Assembly: GCA_964584895.1 (NCBI GenBank)
Contig: CAZPAW010000001.1
Location: 109,343-173,342, forward strand
DNA from: an uncultured Candidatus Saccharibacteria bacterium
GTDB lineage: Bacteria; Patescibacteriota; Saccharimonadia; Saccharimonadales; JAGQNJ01
Direction: 5' to 3'
Length of the DNA stretch: 64,000 nt
This document shows positions 33,139 through 43,104 of this stretch, piece by piece. The notes under the pieces were generated by a model. The model ran no database searches. It was given only the letters and a program-made list of their open reading frames with translations, and was not told the DNA's origin. A program made the position numbers and the translations under genes. Each line of letters opens with the position of its first letter. The stretch's first letter is position 1.

Positions 33139-34287
33139 ATGGATGAAAAAAGTAGCGAAATAGCGATTAAGGTAGAAGGTTTATCAAAAGTTTTTAAACT
33201 ACCTCATGAAAAGCGGAGCTCAATAAAAAGCGCCTTTGTAAGCTTATTTAGAAGGCAGAGTTATGAAAAACAAAAGGTTCTTAATGATATATCCTTTGAT
33301 ATCAAACAAGGCGAATTCGTTGGAATTGTCGGTAGAAACGGTAGCGGAAAGAGCACTCTACTTAAGTTATTGGCAGGCATCTACAGTCCTACTAGTGGAA
33401 AAGTTACGGTAAATGGCAAGCTAACGCCGTTTATCGAACTTGGGGTTGGCTTTAACCCAGAACTAACTGGTAGAGAGAATGTTTTTTTAAATGGTGCATT
33501 ACTAGGATTTAATCGCAAAGAAATGGTGAAAATGTATGACGAAATTGTCGAATTTGCCGAATTAAAAAAGTTTATGGATCAAAAACTTAAGAATTATTCT
33601 TCTGGAATGCAGGTCAGGCTTGCATTTTCGATCGCAATTCGCGCTCGGGCAGACATACTGCTTCTTGATGAAGTTCTGGCTGTTGGCGACTCATCATTCC
33701 AACAAAAATGCTTCAACTATTTTAAAAAACTAAAAAAAGAGGAAAAAACGGTTGTTTTTGTTTCACATGACATGTCGGCAGTGACTAGATTCTGCAACGC
33801 AGCTATTTATATGGTAGATGGGAAGATAGCACGCAAAGGATCAGCCTCGGAAATAGCCGAATTATACAAACTCGAGAATATAGATTCTCAGAAGGATAAT
33901 GGGCATAAAATTTCCCAAAAACATGAACTTGAAGCAAAAATAATCAAACAAATAGAAGATAAAATCCATATAAAGTTTAAATTCAAATCATATAATAAGG
34001 CTAAAATGTATATAGGATTCTCGATAATACGTGACGGTATCTCTATTGCTGAATTGACTACACCAACAACTATGCCTCTGGTTGGTAATGGTAATATATT
34101 ATATCTTCTAGACACATCAATATTAAATAGCGGAGTATACCAAATTACTAGCGCACTGTGTAAAATAGAAGATCGATCCGCTCTGGCTATAGGAAACGAT
34201 ACTATTAAATTTGTAGTAAAAAGTCCTGAAGACATTACTAGAGGTAGTGCGCTCAAGTTACCGAACAACTGGGAACTAAATCACTAA
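33139..34287 (+). CDS. ABC polysaccharide export ATPase (Wzt/TagH-like) with ~140-aa C-terminal extension
   Basis: 382 aa with Walker A GRNGSGKST, signature YSSGMQVRL and Walker B ILLLDEVLAVGD. The extra C-terminal domain (residues ~245-382) is beta-rich in appearance. Confidence 0.85.
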   Translation: MDEKSSEIAIKVEGLSKVFKLPHEKRSSIKSAFVSLFRRQSYEKQKVLNDISFDIKQGEFVGIVGRNGSGKSTLLKLLAGIYSPTSGKVTVNGKLTPFIELGVGFNPELTGRENVFLNGALLGFNRKEMVKMYDEIVEFAELKKFMDQKLKNYSSGMQVRLAFSIAIRARADILLLDEVLAVGDSSFQQKCFNYFKKLKKEEKTVVFVSHDMSAVTRFCNAAIYMVDGKIARKGSASEIAELYKLENIDSQKDNGHKISQKHELEAKIIKQIEDKIHIKFKFKSYNKAKMYIGFSIIRDGISIAELTTPTTMPLVGNGNILYLLDTSILNSGVYQITSALCKIEDRSALAIGNDTIKFVVKSPEDITRGSALKLPNNWELNH

Positions 34288-35072
34288 TAATTTTTTAAGA
34301 TGTAATTAGCCGTAAGTTTATGTTTCCAGGTGTTTTCAAATCCTTTCTGAATTTTTAGCTTTGTATAGGGGTTATGTTTGTACTTATATAGATCCCATGT
34401 GTGGTGATAAGCTTTTGCGTGTTTTGTTCGTGCCCATTTCTTATTCAGAATATCATAACAGTATCTGTGCATAACGCTATCTATGAAAAACTGATCATTA
34501 AGTTCTTTCCATTTAAGGAATGAGGCAAATTCTTTTCCTCTGAAAAGTAAAAGATGACCACCGGTATAAGCCTCAAAATAATCAGCTTTTTCATCAATAT
34601 CTTTAGGTATCCAATTCTTAGCATCCGGGAATGACCTAATCGGAAGGTTTGATTCATCTAATGAGATTCCGCAGCTAAAAACATCTTTGTTATGTTCTAA
34701 AATTTTAGTTTCTTCAATTAGCCAATTATTGTCGTCGCATGTTAAATCACCATCAGTGAACATTACATATTTTTGTTTGCGAATACGTGCGATATCCTTA
34801 GATAAAACAATATCATATGCGTTGTTGGTGATATTGTTTTCGAACAAATAATATTGTTTTATCATTTTTTTACTGCCCAGCGCTTCAATTGTTTGCCGTA
34901 TTTTTGAAGTGTTAGGGCTTGGATTTTCTATCACAATAATATCAAGACTATCTGCATATCTAGCGAGAAAATTTAATGATTTTTTTACTATATTAATTTG
35001 GTCAAAAACTAAAACATAGCAAAGAATTTTTTTTCGTCTTTTCTGAATCATACTTTTTAATATTCTACACAT
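34284..35072 (-). CDS. hypothetical protein, possible GT-A-like glycosyltransferase
   Basis: 262 aa with IIVIENPSPN and a TDGD (DxD-like) motif. The assignment is weak. Confidence 0.3.
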   Translation of the reverse strand: MCRILKSMIQKRRKKILCYVLVFDQINIVKKSLNFLARYADSLDIIVIENPSPNTSKIRQTIEALGSKKMIKQYYLFENNITNNAYDIVLSKDIARIRKQKYVMFTDGDLTCDDNNWLIEETKILEHNKDVFSCGISLDESNLPIRSFPDAKNWIPKDIDEKADYFEAYTGGHLLLFRGKEFASFLKWKELNDQFFIDSVMHRYCYDILNKKWARTKHAKAYHHTWDLYKYKHNPYTKLKIQKGFENTWKHKLTANYILKNY

Positions 35073-35174
35073 TACTAAATTTGAATAAAACAGTAATTAG
35101 ATTAGATATTAAGATTATTATAGTAGCCTATCTATTTGTATATCTAAAGCCAAAAAAGACTGTACAATATATCC

Positions 35175-35918
35175 ATGATAAAACTCAACTTATTTAGAGC
35201 TATGCAAAGATGCACACTCTGCAATGAAAAAGTTCAATTTCAGTCAATCGAAAATGGATTAGGAAAAATCTTGAAAGAAGGGGGTTTCCCTTATAATCTT
35301 GCTGATTTTGAAACTCTTAGTTATAAGACATATTCGTGCCCAAATTGTGCTTCGTCAGATCGAGATAGGCTATACAAACTTTATATTGATAAATTTGAAA
35401 AAATAGAAAACAAAACAAAGATTCTTGATTTTGCTCCCCCTGCCCGACTAGAGAATTACTTGCGGAGTTGCTCAAACAATTATCGATCAGCGGATCTTTA
35501 TGCGAAAGGCGTTGACGATAAGGTGGATATTACAAATATGTCAGGATACAAGGACGGTATGTTCGACTTTTTCATATGTTCTCACGTATTAGAGCATGTA
35601 AACGACGATCAAAAAGCAATGTCAGAATTACATAGGGTCTTAAAGCGCGACGGACACGGCATCGTCATGGCGCCGATTATTAATATGGCTGGCGTTCAGG
35701 ATGAAGACCCGAAGGTTAAAGATAAAAATGAACGAATCCAAAGGTTTGCACAAGATGATCACGTTAGGCTGTACGAGAGAGCTGTATTTTTAAGTAGACT
35801 TAAAATGGCTGGATTCAGGGTGAGAGTATATAGGTTTTGGAGTCTCGGAATCATAGATTGTATAAAAAACGGGATAACTTTTAAGTCTCGGCTATATGTA
35901 GTTAGTAAAGGAGAATAG
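35175..35918 (+). CDS. class I SAM-dependent methyltransferase with N-terminal Cys4 ribbon
   Basis: 247 aa with CTLC...CPNC, ILDFAPP (motif I-like) and FDFFICSHVLEHV. Confidence 0.65.
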   Translation: MIKLNLFRAMQRCTLCNEKVQFQSIENGLGKILKEGGFPYNLADFETLSYKTYSCPNCASSDRDRLYKLYIDKFEKIENKTKILDFAPPARLENYLRSCSNNYRSADLYAKGVDDKVDITNMSGYKDGMFDFFICSHVLEHVNDDQKAMSELHRVLKRDGHGIVMAPIINMAGVQDEDPKVKDKNERIQRFAQDDHVRLYERAVFLSRLKMAGFRVRVYRFWSLGIIDCIKNGITFKSRLYVVSKGE

Positions 35919-35921
35919 ACT

Positions 35922-36554
35922 ATGAGTGAATCACTGGTAAACTTTGGAATTATTGGAAACGGAAACCAGGCAAACGAGATTCAATCATATGGTTTAGGAA
36001 GTGCAGTGATTTTTAGAGCTGTTGATCGGCCTTACCTGAGTGATGATGCGACTGTTGACGTGACTAACCCCAGTGAAGATCAGAGAAACACACCTGTCGT
36101 TGCAGCAATTGGTGCTCCGGGTGCTCGCAAAGAAATGATGGAGAGGTGGCCTGGTCGTGAGTATGTCAATGTTGTATCTCCGCATGCAATTGTAGATTCA
36201 AGCGTAAGATTTGGAGGGGGTTGCATAGTAGCTCCCGGGGCAATTTTAACTACAGATATTTTAGTCGGAAAACACACGACTATTAATATTGCATCTACAG
36301 TGTCGCACAGCTGCGAAATCGGTGAATACGTTACAATAAGTCCCGGAGTTCATATTGCAGGAGATGTTGTATTAGGTGACGGTGTGTTCATTGGAATTGG
36401 CGCTATATTAAGTAATGATATTAAGGTTGCATCAGGTTCGGTTATAGGTGCTGGCGCGGTTGTGGTTGATGATATAGAGGATGAAAATTGTATTTATGTC
36501 GGAACGCCGGCACGCAAGATTGGACAGAATGAAGGTTGGTTGCGTGAAATTTGA
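35922..36554 (+). CDS. hexapeptide-repeat sugar N/O-acetyltransferase (NeuD/PglD-like)
   Basis: 210 aa with an N-terminal Rossmann-like GIIGNGNQANE. The C-terminus has left-handed beta-helix repeats (IGEYVTISPGVHIAGDVVLGDGVFIGIGAILS). Confidence 0.75.
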   Translation: MSESLVNFGIIGNGNQANEIQSYGLGSAVIFRAVDRPYLSDDATVDVTNPSEDQRNTPVVAAIGAPGARKEMMERWPGREYVNVVSPHAIVDSSVRFGGGCIVAPGAILTTDILVGKHTTINIASTVSHSCEIGEYVTISPGVHIAGDVVLGDGVFIGIGAILSNDIKVASGSVIGAGAVVVDDIEDENCIYVGTPARKIGQNEGWLREI

Positions 36555-37668
36555 AATTCCATTTATTAAACCATTAATGCCAAGTTCACAGGGATTAAGT
36601 CGAGCATACGAAACAATAGTTGATTCAAATTGGTTTACTAACTTCGGACCACAGGAACAGAAATTCTCAAAAAAATTAGAAGAGTTCATTGGTCAAAATA
36701 CACACGTGACAACAGTCGCCAATGCTACGCTTGGGTTAATTCTAGCCGTGAAAGCCATAATGATCTCTAGCGGAGATAAAACTAAGAAAAAAGTTTTGAT
36801 ACCGTCATTTACTTTTGCCGCGGTAGCAGAATCATTAGAATGGTGTGGATTACAGCCCGTATATGTTGATATAGAAGACAAATCATGGCAGATGAAACTA
36901 TCTGATGCAGATCGCTATATTAATGAGAATCCCAATGAAATATTAGGAATATTATTTTGTAACGTTTTTGGGGTTGGAGCGCCAGAAATAAATAACTGGG
37001 AAAAATTAGCACGTAAACATGGACTACCAATTATTATTGATTCAGCGGCCGGCTTTGGTTCGCGATACAAGAATGGCGATTTTTTGGGAGCTAGAGGTGA
37101 TTGTGAGATATTTTCGTTTCATGCGACAAAACCTTTTGGTATAGGTGAGGGAGGCGCAATTGCTAGTCAATCAGAAGAATTCATATCTAAAATAAAATCA
37201 TTAGAAAATTTCGGATTTAGCGATAAACGTGAAGTTCACAGTGTCGGGCTCAACGCGAAACTACAGGAAATTAATGCATCAATAGGACTGTGGCGTCTTA
37301 AAAATTTTGAAGCAACCATAAAACGACGACAGAATGTACAACAAATCTTAATGGAACAGTTGGAGCCGCTAGGATATACATTTCAAGAAAATACTGAACA
37401 ATCTACGGTTTGTTTTGTATCGGTAATTTCGAATAACAATGAACAGGCTATTAAGACATTTAATGCCCTAAGATTAAATGGGGTTGAAGCTAACCGATAC
37501 TACAATCCAGCGCTACATAAACAAGCTGCATTTAATAATTATGAGAGAGTTGCGAACTTAAGAACTACAGAAAATATCTGCAGCCGAATTATATCACTTC
37601 CAGCACATCATGACGTAAGTGATGCTGTATTGGAAAAAATCGTATCAATAATCAAGCGATCACACTAA
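36529..37668 (+). CDS. DegT/DnrJ/EryC1/StrS-family sugar aminotransferase
   Basis: Contains FHATKPFGIGEGG (PLP lysine) and SFTFAAVAESL. The start is set at the ATG at 36529 (MKVGCVKFEIPFIKP); the ORF-track start at 36481 would overlap the acetyltransferase more deeply. Confidence 0.8.
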   Translation: MKVGCVKFEIPFIKPLMPSSQGLSRAYETIVDSNWFTNFGPQEQKFSKKLEEFIGQNTHVTTVANATLGLILAVKAIMISSGDKTKKKVLIPSFTFAAVAESLEWCGLQPVYVDIEDKSWQMKLSDADRYINENPNEILGILFCNVFGVGAPEINNWEKLARKHGLPIIIDSAAGFGSRYKNGDFLGARGDCEIFSFHATKPFGIGEGGAIASQSEEFISKIKSLENFGFSDKREVHSVGLNAKLQEINASIGLWRLKNFEATIKRRQNVQQILMEQLEPLGYTFQENTEQSTVCFVSVISNNNEQAIKTFNALRLNGVEANRYYNPALHKQAAFNNYERVANLRTTENICSRIISLPAHHDVSDAVLEKIVSIIKRSH

Positions 37669-37673
37669 AGAAA

Positions 37674-38774
37674 ATGAAAAATTCACCAAAAGTCAGCATA
37701 GTAACTATCACATATAATCAAGCCAAGTATATTGAACAAGCATTACAAAGTTTTGTCATGCAAAAAACAAATTTTACAATAGAGGTAGTTGTTGCTGACG
37801 ACTGTTCAACCGACAATACGCCGAAAATAATCCGTGAGTTTACCAAAAATTATCCCAATATTTTTAAGCCAGTACTAAGACAGAAAAATGTTGGTATACA
37901 ACGTAATTTAAACAATGCCATGCGTAAGGCAAAAGGAAAATATATAGCCTTATGTGAAGGAGATGATTATTGGACTGACCCAAGAAAGCTACAAAAACAA
38001 GTGGATTTTCTTGAAGAACGTCCAGATTATGCTCTCTGCTTTCACCCGGTAAGTGTTGAATATAATGATAAAAAAAATAATTACATATTCCCGGAAGCCG
38101 GTAAAATATCGGAATTTACTCTAGAGAATCTACTTAGTGATAATTATATACAGACTAACTCTGTCATGTATCGCAGACAGAAATATGAAAATATGCCAGT
38201 TGATATATTACCACTCGATTGGTACCTTCATCTTTATCATGCTCGGTTTGGAAAAATAGGCTTTATAGATGAAGTCATGTCCGTGTATAGACGACACCCC
38301 TATGGAATATGGTGGGATTCGTCAGGTAATATTGATGAAATTTGGAAAAAATATTCTGCTGAACATACCCACCTATTTATTGAATTATTGAAACTATATG
38401 GCGATAATTCAGAACATCGCGAAATCTTATATGCTCATATTGGTACAATACTAAATAGCATAATCCGTATTGATATTGAGCAAAAAACTGGATTGCTTGA
38501 AAAACTGTTAAAAACCCTGCCAGAACAAACAGGGTTATTCTTAGAAGCACAGAACCAACTACTTCAGAATCTAGAACGCACTAGCGACCAACAATTAGAA
38601 AAAATCCAAAGCATGACAGAAAAGATAAACCTTAAAGAAGCAGAACTTGCAGAATTAAGAAAGAAATTACGACTTATAGAGCTTTCAAGAGTGTGGAAAA
38701 CTAGAAATCAGGTTAGGAAATCGCTAGATAAATTAATCCAAAAAAGTAACCTCAATGACTCAATAAAATCATGA
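37674..38774 (+). CDS. glycosyltransferase family 2 with C-terminal coiled-coil region
   Basis: 366 aa with VSIVTITYNQAKYIEQAL, VVADDCSTDNT and CEGDDYW. The last ~80 aa are heptad-like (LEKIQSMTEKINLKEAELAELRKKLRLIE). Confidence 0.75.
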   Translation: MKNSPKVSIVTITYNQAKYIEQALQSFVMQKTNFTIEVVVADDCSTDNTPKIIREFTKNYPNIFKPVLRQKNVGIQRNLNNAMRKAKGKYIALCEGDDYWTDPRKLQKQVDFLEERPDYALCFHPVSVEYNDKKNNYIFPEAGKISEFTLENLLSDNYIQTNSVMYRRQKYENMPVDILPLDWYLHLYHARFGKIGFIDEVMSVYRRHPYGIWWDSSGNIDEIWKKYSAEHTHLFIELLKLYGDNSEHREILYAHIGTILNSIIRIDIEQKTGLLEKLLKTLPEQTGLFLEAQNQLLQNLERTSDQQLEKIQSMTEKINLKEAELAELRKKLRLIELSRVWKTRNQVRKSLDKLIQKSNLNDSIKS

Positions 38775-40672
38775 AAGATATAATCGACAAAACAATTAGA
38801 GTGTTGCGGGCACAATCGATGAGACTGTTGTATCTTAAAATTAGTGGTCGTCAGGTATTTGTCAATAAATATACACGACGAATACCTGTGTTCTCACAAC
38901 TATTAAAATTTACCGAAGGCTATATGACTACTAGACATACAGCAAACCTTAGAAAAAATGAATATAAAAAATGGTTAAAAAGTCACTATCCAAGTACCGA
39001 ATTGCTTTCAGCGCAAACACAGCGACAAAAAAGATTTAAAAACAGACCTTTAATTAGCGTTATTGTTCCGACTTACAATACAAACCTAGTACATCTAAGG
39101 GAATGCATAGAATCAGTAATAAACCAATCTTATGATAATTGGCAATTATGTGTTGCTGACGATGCATCTACGAATCAAGATGTTGTTGTAATAATCGAAC
39201 AGTATTGCAAAGGCGACAAAAGGATACAGTTAGTTAAGAGGAAGAAAAATGGTCACATCTGTGAAGCTTCAAATTCGGCTCTAGCTATAGCAAAAGGTGA
39301 ATTTATAGCACTGCTAGATCACGATGATATTTTGTGGCCGAATGCGCTTTTTGAGGTAGTAAAAACCCTCAACGAAAATCCGGACACAGACTTTGTATAT
39401 ACAGATGAAGACAAAATAGACGAAGAAGGGAAAGAACACATTGAACCATTCTTCAAACCAAATTGGAGTCCAGAATTTCTTCGATCCATTAACTATATTA
39501 CGCACTTTGCAGTGTTGCGACGGAGTGTGGTTGAAAAGATAGGTGGGTTTAGGGTCGGTTATGAAGGTACACAAGACTGGGATCTATTTTTAAGAATAAG
39601 TAGGCAAACAAACAAAATTATCCATACCCCAAATATTCTGTATAGTTGGCGCAAATCCACCAATTCAACAGCACAAGCTCCCTCATCAAAAAACTACGCA
39701 TACATTAATCAGAAAAAAGCACTTATGGATGACGTCAAACAACGAGGATACGATGCCGATATTAGTTGGCAGATACCATTTTCTATGTGGAAAGTAAGGT
39801 ATAAAGTAAAGAATAATCCAATGATTTCAATCATTATTCCAACGAAGGATCAATACATATATATACGACGGTGTCTCGATTCGATTAGGCAAAAAACAAC
39901 TTACAAAAATACTGAAATAATAATTGTTGACACTGGCTCAACGGATCAAAAAGTTTGGCAATTGTACGATAAATACAAGAAGACAAACCTAAGAGTAACA
40001 GTCATAGAATGGAATAAAAAGTTTAACTTTGCGTCCGCTTGTAACTTTGGTGCCGACAACGCCAAAGGGGAATACCTATTGTTTCTAAATAATGATACAG
40101 AAGTTGTTACATCAAGCTGGGTTCAAGATATGCTGGGCTATGCTCAACAAAAAGAAATTGGCTCAGTCGGGTGTAAATTATTTTACCCTGATCGTAAACT
40201 ACAACATGCAGGAATTATTCTTGGAGTAGGCGGTATGAATGGAACACCCGGGATTGCTGGCCATTATTTTCCAGCTTTCAATGAGAACCCACCACAAGAT
40301 CCTGCGCTACTTACATATGTTGGTGGGACAAGAAACTTCACGGCAGTCACCGCAGCTTGTGTTATGGTTTCTACCGATAAGTTTAAAAAAGTTAAAGGCT
40401 TTGATGAAAAGTACAGGATTGCTTTTAACGATGTAGATATGTGCTTGAAATTATTTGATAAAGGATGGAGAAATGTATACCTATCTCATGTTGAACTTTT
40501 CCATCATGAATCTGTTTCGGTAGGACAACCAGGTTCAAAAGTTCGTGATTTAAAGGAGTTTGATAAAGAAATAAAAATGATGCTCAATAAATGGGGGACA
40601 TTAATTAAAAACGATCCATACTATCATCCCGAATTTCGTCGCGACATAGCTAGTGCCAGACTGCAAGTATAA
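38771..40672 (+). CDS. bifunctional glycosyltransferase with two tandem GT2 domains
   Basis: 633 aa. Module 1: ISVIVPTYN...CVADDASTN...LLDHDD. Module 2: ISIIIPTKD...IIVDTGSTD...FLNNDTEV. Confidence 0.8.
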   Translation: MKDIIDKTIRVLRAQSMRLLYLKISGRQVFVNKYTRRIPVFSQLLKFTEGYMTTRHTANLRKNEYKKWLKSHYPSTELLSAQTQRQKRFKNRPLISVIVPTYNTNLVHLRECIESVINQSYDNWQLCVADDASTNQDVVVIIEQYCKGDKRIQLVKRKKNGHICEASNSALAIAKGEFIALLDHDDILWPNALFEVVKTLNENPDTDFVYTDEDKIDEEGKEHIEPFFKPNWSPEFLRSINYITHFAVLRRSVVEKIGGFRVGYEGTQDWDLFLRISRQTNKIIHTPNILYSWRKSTNSTAQAPSSKNYAYINQKKALMDDVKQRGYDADISWQIPFSMWKVRYKVKNNPMISIIIPTKDQYIYIRRCLDSIRQKTTYKNTEIIIVDTGSTDQKVWQLYDKYKKTNLRVTVIEWNKKFNFASACNFGADNAKGEYLLFLNNDTEVVTSSWVQDMLGYAQQKEIGSVGCKLFYPDRKLQHAGIILGVGGMNGTPGIAGHYFPAFNENPPQDPALLTYVGGTRNFTAVTAACVMVSTDKFKKVKGFDEKYRIAFNDVDMCLKLFDKGWRNVYLSHVELFHHESVSVGQPGSKVRDLKEFDKEIKMMLNKWGTLIKNDPYYHPEFRRDIASARLQV

Positions 40673-40688
40673 AATAATACATAATATA

Positions 40689-42422
40689 TTAAAGGAGTTT
40701 ACTACGTAATAGGTAAGTAATGACAGGTGCTGTATTCACACCCCACTGGCGTGCCTGTGTAACGGTTGTTGATGTAGTTATTTCACCATCTATTCCTACG
40801 AAATAATATGTGCCGTCTCTTTTAAAACCAGCACCAAGCGGTTCGGCAATAGTTGAAACGGATAAAAAGTCTGGGTGAAGACTGGGTCCTGATAACGTAC
40901 TAATGTCTTCCCACCTTCCAGGATAATAACTAGGCTTAATCCATCTAATTTTACCGTGATCAAATACATATTGTTGGCCACCACTACTAAAACCGGCATT
41001 AATCGAGTTATCCACGATGGAATTTGCACTTTTAATATCACTTAAAAGTGATCCAGAAAATGTTGCCATTGGTACGGTGTCGTAGCCACGTATAAGAGAT
41101 AGACTAGATGTGTCAACTGAATCAGCAGATGTTCCTTTAATATGATGCAAAACACCTTGGTCCATGAGATACGCTTTCCCGGTATTAGCCGACTTAGCTA
41201 GTCTTGGGACCTTGGTGAATATTGCTAAATCCTTAAGTGTAGCTCCTTTAAGTTTAGGCACTGCCGAATGATCACGATATAGATCATCTTGACCCCATGC
41301 TCTAGCAATAGAAAGACTTTGTAGTCTCCACTGACTTTGAGAATCTGTTATATATAGCCGTCCTGTATCCCTTGATCTTGCTAGCCAATCAAGAGGGATT
41401 GCGTAAGACCTATAATTACATCGTGGACTATTCTCGGTAAATTCATTTTCTTCAAAACCCCAAGCATTTATAGCATCGGCGGTAAGCTGTCGTTTCATTT
41501 TAATAAAACGCTCAACAATGTACTTCTTACCACTACATTCAATTAGTGAATAGTTTTGCACACTCTGCGTACTACCAAACCAAATATTGTAATACCACCA
41601 GAAATTCTTGTTACCGTACGCACCACAAGTTACGGTTTCGCCAAGATCTACGCCTAGAGTAGCGTTATTTGGGGTATAAGGAGTGTAGTTATATAAGCCG
41701 GCAGTAGCCTTATTCTCGATGTAAACATTCCTACCTCCACAAGATGCTTTGGGGTTGTATTGTATATAGTTTGTTCTACCGGAACGATAGTTATAAGAAC
41801 TTGGACTTTTTGCATAACGTTTGAACTGACGAGCTGCGTTATATACCTGATTGAAGAAGCCATAGTATTGAGAGTCACAAGGTGCGGTGTCTGGGCAACC
41901 GTAACCCATAGCTATCTTGTACTGAATAGGCCATGGCCATTCATCTGTTATTAATGCTTGCTCTTTTTGCAGCATTACGAGAAGAACCTTACTATCAATA
42001 CCGCAAGCCTTAGATACGGAATAAATAATTTGTGCTGCTGTCTGCCCGGTTTTCGCTGACATTGCTTTACATAAACCCGCTGATGCGCCCTTTGATGTTG
42101 TAGACAACAATCTAGACTTTAGACATCTGTAGGGTGGGGGTACACCCTGAGAGGTTCCGTATTCAGCACGCGTAACACCGCTACTATGCATCTCTTCTCC
42201 GTTAGTGTCGCAGTTCGGAACTTTATTATTCAAAAAGGTTTGTATACTAGATATAGACAAACTGGATTCTCTATAAAAAAGAGAATCGTTAATGATATTT
42301 CCTCTGTTAAATTGACTACCAGATAGCGCGCTTCCTTGAGGACTGTTCAGTAAAAATAAACCGACACTTAACAGGGTAAACAACGATATAAACCAAATTT
42401 TAATTGATAATCGGCGATTCAT
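40689..42422 (-). CDS. secreted protein of unknown function (possibly cell-wall active)
   Basis: 577 aa with a signal/TM (IKIWFISLFTLLSVGLFLL). The segment ACGIDSKVLLVMLQKEQALITDEWPW resembles segments of secreted wall-associated enzymes I recall, but no catalytic motif was identified. Confidence 0.35.
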   Translation of the reverse strand: MNRRLSIKIWFISLFTLLSVGLFLLNSPQGSALSGSQFNRGNIINDSLFYRESSLSISSIQTFLNNKVPNCDTNGEEMHSSGVTRAEYGTSQGVPPPYRCLKSRLLSTTSKGASAGLCKAMSAKTGQTAAQIIYSVSKACGIDSKVLLVMLQKEQALITDEWPWPIQYKIAMGYGCPDTAPCDSQYYGFFNQVYNAARQFKRYAKSPSSYNYRSGRTNYIQYNPKASCGGRNVYIENKATAGLYNYTPYTPNNATLGVDLGETVTCGAYGNKNFWWYYNIWFGSTQSVQNYSLIECSGKKYIVERFIKMKRQLTADAINAWGFEENEFTENSPRCNYRSYAIPLDWLARSRDTGRLYITDSQSQWRLQSLSIARAWGQDDLYRDHSAVPKLKGATLKDLAIFTKVPRLAKSANTGKAYLMDQGVLHHIKGTSADSVDTSSLSLIRGYDTVPMATFSGSLLSDIKSANSIVDNSINAGFSSGGQQYVFDHGKIRWIKPSYYPGRWEDISTLSGPSLHPDFLSVSTIAEPLGAGFKRDGTYYFVGIDGEITTSTTVTQARQWGVNTAPVITYLLRSKLL

Positions 42423-43001
42423 CTAATTTCTCCACTCAATTTGTTTAGTAACAGTGCCATTGGATTTTGATGAAGTATAACTAACGGTCGTAGTCCATGT
42501 GCCGGGAGTAACTTTTGAATAATCTACAGCAAGTTCACCACAACTCATAGTTGAAGGGTTTTGAATAGCGGCACTTGTACCACTAAGAGTTGTCGAGCCT
42601 TTTTTCATGGTTAATTTACACTTACCGTCTGATTCAAGAACTTGTGCATATGCGCCGACTTCGAATCTTGTACCAGAATCTGATTGGCCCCAGTTAGTAA
42701 TCACAACCTCAACAGTTTTAGTTTTAGAATAATCCGTCGAAGTAGTTGTTTGACTGTCTTTTTGAGATGAAACTTCATCCTTTACTCTATCTGTGTCAGA
42801 ACTCTCTTGTTCTGTAGGAGGACTATAATTAATTTTCTCGCTAATTTCATCAATATTGCTAGTTGTTGTAGTTGGGTCTGGTTTGTTTTTGATTACAAAC
42901 CACGTAATTACTGCGCCAAGAGCTAATAATATAGCCAGCACAAATAATGTGTTTCTTTTTGAGTTATTTTTATTGCCTGTATGGTACTTTTTGTTTTTCA
43001 T
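42423..43001 (-). CDS. membrane-anchored Thr/Ser-rich protein, unknown function
   Basis: 192 aa with a TM (LFVLAILLALGAVITWFVI), a T/S/D-rich linker and a ~90-aa C-terminal domain with two Cys. Its stop abuts the start of 40689..42422. Confidence 0.45.
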   Translation of the reverse strand: MKNKKYHTGNKNNSKRNTLFVLAILLALGAVITWFVIKNKPDPTTTTSNIDEISEKINYSPPTEQESSDTDRVKDEVSSQKDSQTTTSTDYSKTKTVEVVITNWGQSDSGTRFEVGAYAQVLESDGKCKLTMKKGSTTLSGTSAAIQNPSTMSCGELAVDYSKVTPGTWTTTVSYTSSKSNGTVTKQIEWRN

Positions 43002-43104
43002 GGAACACTTTAACTATAGCAAAAATAACAGATTAAGTCAATGTTTATGGTTGGGTTTTTTTGATTTAAGTGGAATAAATAGTAGAATCTTGATACAGGA
43101 TACA

